Below, in pieces: positions 60,623 through 64,000 of a stretch of DNA of 64,000 nt. Made by a program: the position numbers and the translations under genes. This DNA comes from Diadema antillarum. Taxonomy: Eukaryota. Positions within the stretch are counted from its first letter, which is position 1. Every line of letters starts with the position of its first letter. The stretch is taken from contig NW_027271554.1 in the NCBI RefSeq assembly GCF_040938485.1, positions 1,426,001 through 1,490,000 of the forward strand. The letters run 5' to 3'. The notes under the pieces are model-generated. The model searched no databases. It had not been told where the DNA came from and worked only from the letters and a program-made list of their open reading frames with translations.

Positions 60623-63453
60623 CTGTCAGAGAAAAAAAAAATAAGCATATATGAAACATTGTTGTTTAATCAGATACTTGTATGAAAATTTAGACAATAT
60701 CTCAGACTTCATAAGTTTGTTCAATATCTGAGTGCATAAAACTGTATAGTGTATTAAATGTTTCCTGAGAGACATTTCCCTTCATATCTTCTTTGTTTAT
60801 TTGCAGGAAAACTGCTGAAAATCCTGGAGAATTGCCATACTGGACATTGCAATTACCATGCATCATCTTCCAAATACTGCCATATCACAATAATTCAATG
60901 ACAACAATGCAAGGAGGCATGTCAATCAAAGCATCAAAATCAAGAGGCAGGGGGTTCAGAAAAGCTATCTGGGAGGATTTTGCATGTTAGATGCATTTCA
61001 ATTGGTAGAAAGAGTATTCACAAAATCAGGGAAGCTTTTAAATCCTTTAATCAGTGTGTGAAGTGTTTTGGTTTTGTTGATTTTTTTTGTGGTTTATTTT
61101 TTTGAGGAGCCTCCTATACAATCAGGGATCTTCCCACTAACAGCAATGTCATTCAAACTACAATGTATATGCTACCAGAATGTCAGTAAGATGATGCCAA
61201 GGGAATAACAGATTTAGGATCAATGTCATATATGTGAATGTACATACAGTGTGACTAAAAGAGAGTGGAAGCTCTCCAATGTAGGTCCAGCATTTTCCCT
61301 CAAACAAATAATCCCTCTTTCATTACGGTTGGGAAGATGTAAGTAAACCCAGTGGAGCGTTGCTTCAATGAAAGTCAGTGAAACACAAACCAAACGTCAG
61401 CGTAAAATTTTTCGGCAAATTAGCACAACTGGGACAGACACTAAACACAGGGAGCAGAGTGACAGTGAGTCACCAAGACATGGTTGTCCTCTTGGGGTCC
61501 ACAAATGAGTTGTCTACATCTTGGCTTGTCACATGACTGTGACATTGATTGCTTTATATCTTCATAAACTTGTTACTGGCGTGCCCTTATTTCATAGGAA
61601 AGTTAATAGGTATATCAATAAAATTTTCCAAGAATCTGTTCCAGATATCATGCTCTCTCTAACACTCAACTGCAGACTTCAGAAACACATTACATCCTTC
61701 TCACATTACATCACCTGCTTGTAGACCAACAATTCAACAAGTTTTTTTTTTTATCTACAGACTTGTCTTTTTGTGTAAACAAACAAACAAACAAACAAAC
61801 CGACAGACAAATCCAACGTACATGTGGAGTCTTTACAGGTTATCATTCATTTTTATTGTGTTGTTTCGTTAAGTTTTATTGCCAGGTATAAGTTGTGGTT
61901 CAAAACTTGTCTCGAGTCTGCTGCACTGGTCTTGATTGATGTAATATATAAGATGGAAATGTGCATAATTTAATTGATAAGAACTAGAGTTCATCAATTT
62001 TTCACTGAAGTTTCACTTTAACAAAAAAATCACTGCGGGTTATAGAACTTCAATCTGCTTTCACTACTAATCACTATGTCTTCCACAGTTGCCTAAAAGG
62101 TAAACTAACAGGGCCGAATGAAACAAAACAAAACATACAAAGACTTCATTTTCAATATGAGAACAAATACACTTTATATATTGAAAAAACGAAATGTATA
62201 TGATTTATAGCAGAAATTCACACAATACATTCAATTCTTTGTTAAACTGTTTTTGGTTTTTCAAACTCTTTCATCACATATCATCAGGTCTCAGTTAGCT
62301 GCGAGTCTGGCTTGGAAGGAAGGTCACTTGGCTACTCAAGATCCATATCAGCGATTCTTGTGCCGGGAGTCTCACGCGCCCACGATAGCATCGATGAGTC
62401 AATTTCCCTGAAAGTGCTATGTTACGTGCAAAATGTAGTCTTGTCCCGTAAGGAATCGCAAGGAATCCAACGAAAGTCATCCCATAGTGTCATCCGACAC
62501 TGCTATCAAGTTATATCAATTAGCACCTTTATCTGCCAAGATGCGTTGTAATGAGTCAAGATATACAGCGTTGTACATTCTAGCCTGAACACATGGAGAA
62601 GACAATTTGAACTCATGATAGACGTTTAAATTGAAAAAACAGATATTGAATTAAAGCTTATTATCATGTCCTGGTCTGTAGAAGCAGGTAAAGGAATTTA
62701 TGATTAAGTCTTGATGGTAGGCTACCCTGCTCAATGTAATTACTGTGAAGTCTGGCATTGATACCGCGACTAAAGAGTTGATTTAATAAAAGCCTGTGAG
62801 TCACTGCGATATCAGTACCAAATATCCATGCTTTCTCCAGTCACCGCAAATCGAACCCGACAATGTGTCCCACAGACACGAAGACACAATGCTAGCGATC
62901 GCTGCACATCAGATGAAACTGAGCATCATCATATCTGTAGTTCCCCCTGCTCACTCCCCCATGCTCCAATGGGGCCAACACATGTAGTGCAATCACAGCT
63001 GTAATTTATAACACGTAAAGATGATTACAATTCCAAAATTGTGCCATCTGTACTTTGGTACTCTAAATGTTCACACAAGGGTACATCTTGTTTATTTTGC
63101 CATGTCCCATTCATCAAAATTTCCTCAAAACAACAAGCTCTGTTCATGATTGTTGGATAGAAGTTTAACCCTTTGTATGATTTGCATGCCAAATGGCTCA
63201 GAAAAACCCTATAGCATATTTCACACTGTCCAAAGTCCCTGGCACAGAAATGGTTTAAGGGAAACCCCACTCCTTGCTGGCGTAGACAAGTTTCATAATA
63301 GATAAGTAAGAATACAGTCATACAAATAAAGAGTGACAAAGGTTTTACGTTGAAATGGTCAAGAAATATAAAAGAAGGTTGCAAAGTCTCTTGTGTTTTC
63401 AGAAAACAGTGCTACTGGTTAATATCACACATGCTGCTCAGGAAAAGAGACTA

Positions 63454-63659
63454 CTGTAAAACATATTAGCGGCAGGAAATTTTCGCTGTTAAATTGGAGC
63501 CGACAGCCTTTTTTGTGGCATGAAATTTTCGCTAATTGCTACTGCCGTTCAATGCATATTGTGAAGACAAGAACTTTTGCATGAATTTTAATTTTGCGAA
63601 TCTTGGCGCTCACGAACTTCGCGAAATTAAAATGCACGCGAACATTCCTCGTTTTACAG
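63454..63659. mobile_element. TA-flanked MITE (CTGTAAAA...TTTTACAG)
   Basis: TA|CTGTAAAAC ... GTTTTACAG|TA terminal inverted repeats. Confidence 0.75.
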
Positions 63660-63912
63660 TATAATGTAATTAATCCATAAATATCACGTATTGGTTAGCT
63701 CATACTAAAATACATACATGTAGTATGCACATTTTGTCTTTTTGGTCAGACCCGTGGCAAATTTGACACCTACCACCCCCCCCCCCCCTTGCAAAGGGTC
63801 ACCTGCGCACTGTCGTCACAAACGAAGGATGATTTCATGAAAGATTTCTTCTATTGATTCTAAAATAAATAATGCATCAATAGCACATTTTCTTCATTTA
63901 TGTGGTTGCGTC

Positions 63913-63949
<37 letters not shown>

Positions 63950-64000
63950 ATTGTTGCTATTGTCACCTTTAGTTTTTGCTCATAAATTAGTACTGAGCGC

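Noticed and set aside
60623-64000. Further upstream Vac8-like exons (e.g. ORFs 62295-62480, 62796-62987)
   Set aside because: No frame gave ARM-like sequence with a phase-1 donor; upstream exons probably lie outside the window.
1-64000. Autonomous transposase, reverse transcriptase or viral ORFs
   Set aside because: No ORF of suitable length or motif (DDE, YADD, Rep/Hel) is visible; all mobile elements seen are non-autonomous.

Overview
Eukaryotic, repeat-rich, AT-rich genomic DNA with spliceosomal introns. It is probably a marine invertebrate deuterostome such as a sea urchin; this is an inference from repeat style and gene content. Two convergent protein-coding genes are well supported. 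(1) A + strand ZNF800-like C2H2 zinc-finger gene. Its whole 898-aa CDS lies in one exon (26316-29012), with a CpG-rich candidate promoter near 10.0-11.1 kb and candidate 5'-UTR exons. (2) A - strand armadillo-repeat gene that the ORF track misses as a gene. Six exons (60622 down to 49893) splice in frame with GT-AG junctions into a protein closely resembling the C-terminal half of fungal Vac8; its 5' exons lie beyond the window. Between the two 3' ends is a tRNA-Thr(AGT)-like sequence inside a 329-bp direct-repeat unit next to an assembly gap. The rest is introns and probable UTRs filled with non-autonomous DNA transposons (pogo/Tc1-, piggyBac-, Kolobok-, Harbinger-, Sola- and Helentron/DINE-like), LINE/SINE tails, microsatellites and three N-gaps. 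No prokaryotic genes, CRISPR arrays, rRNA genes or autonomous transposase/RT ORFs were seen. All family assignments come from recalled motifs, not database searches.
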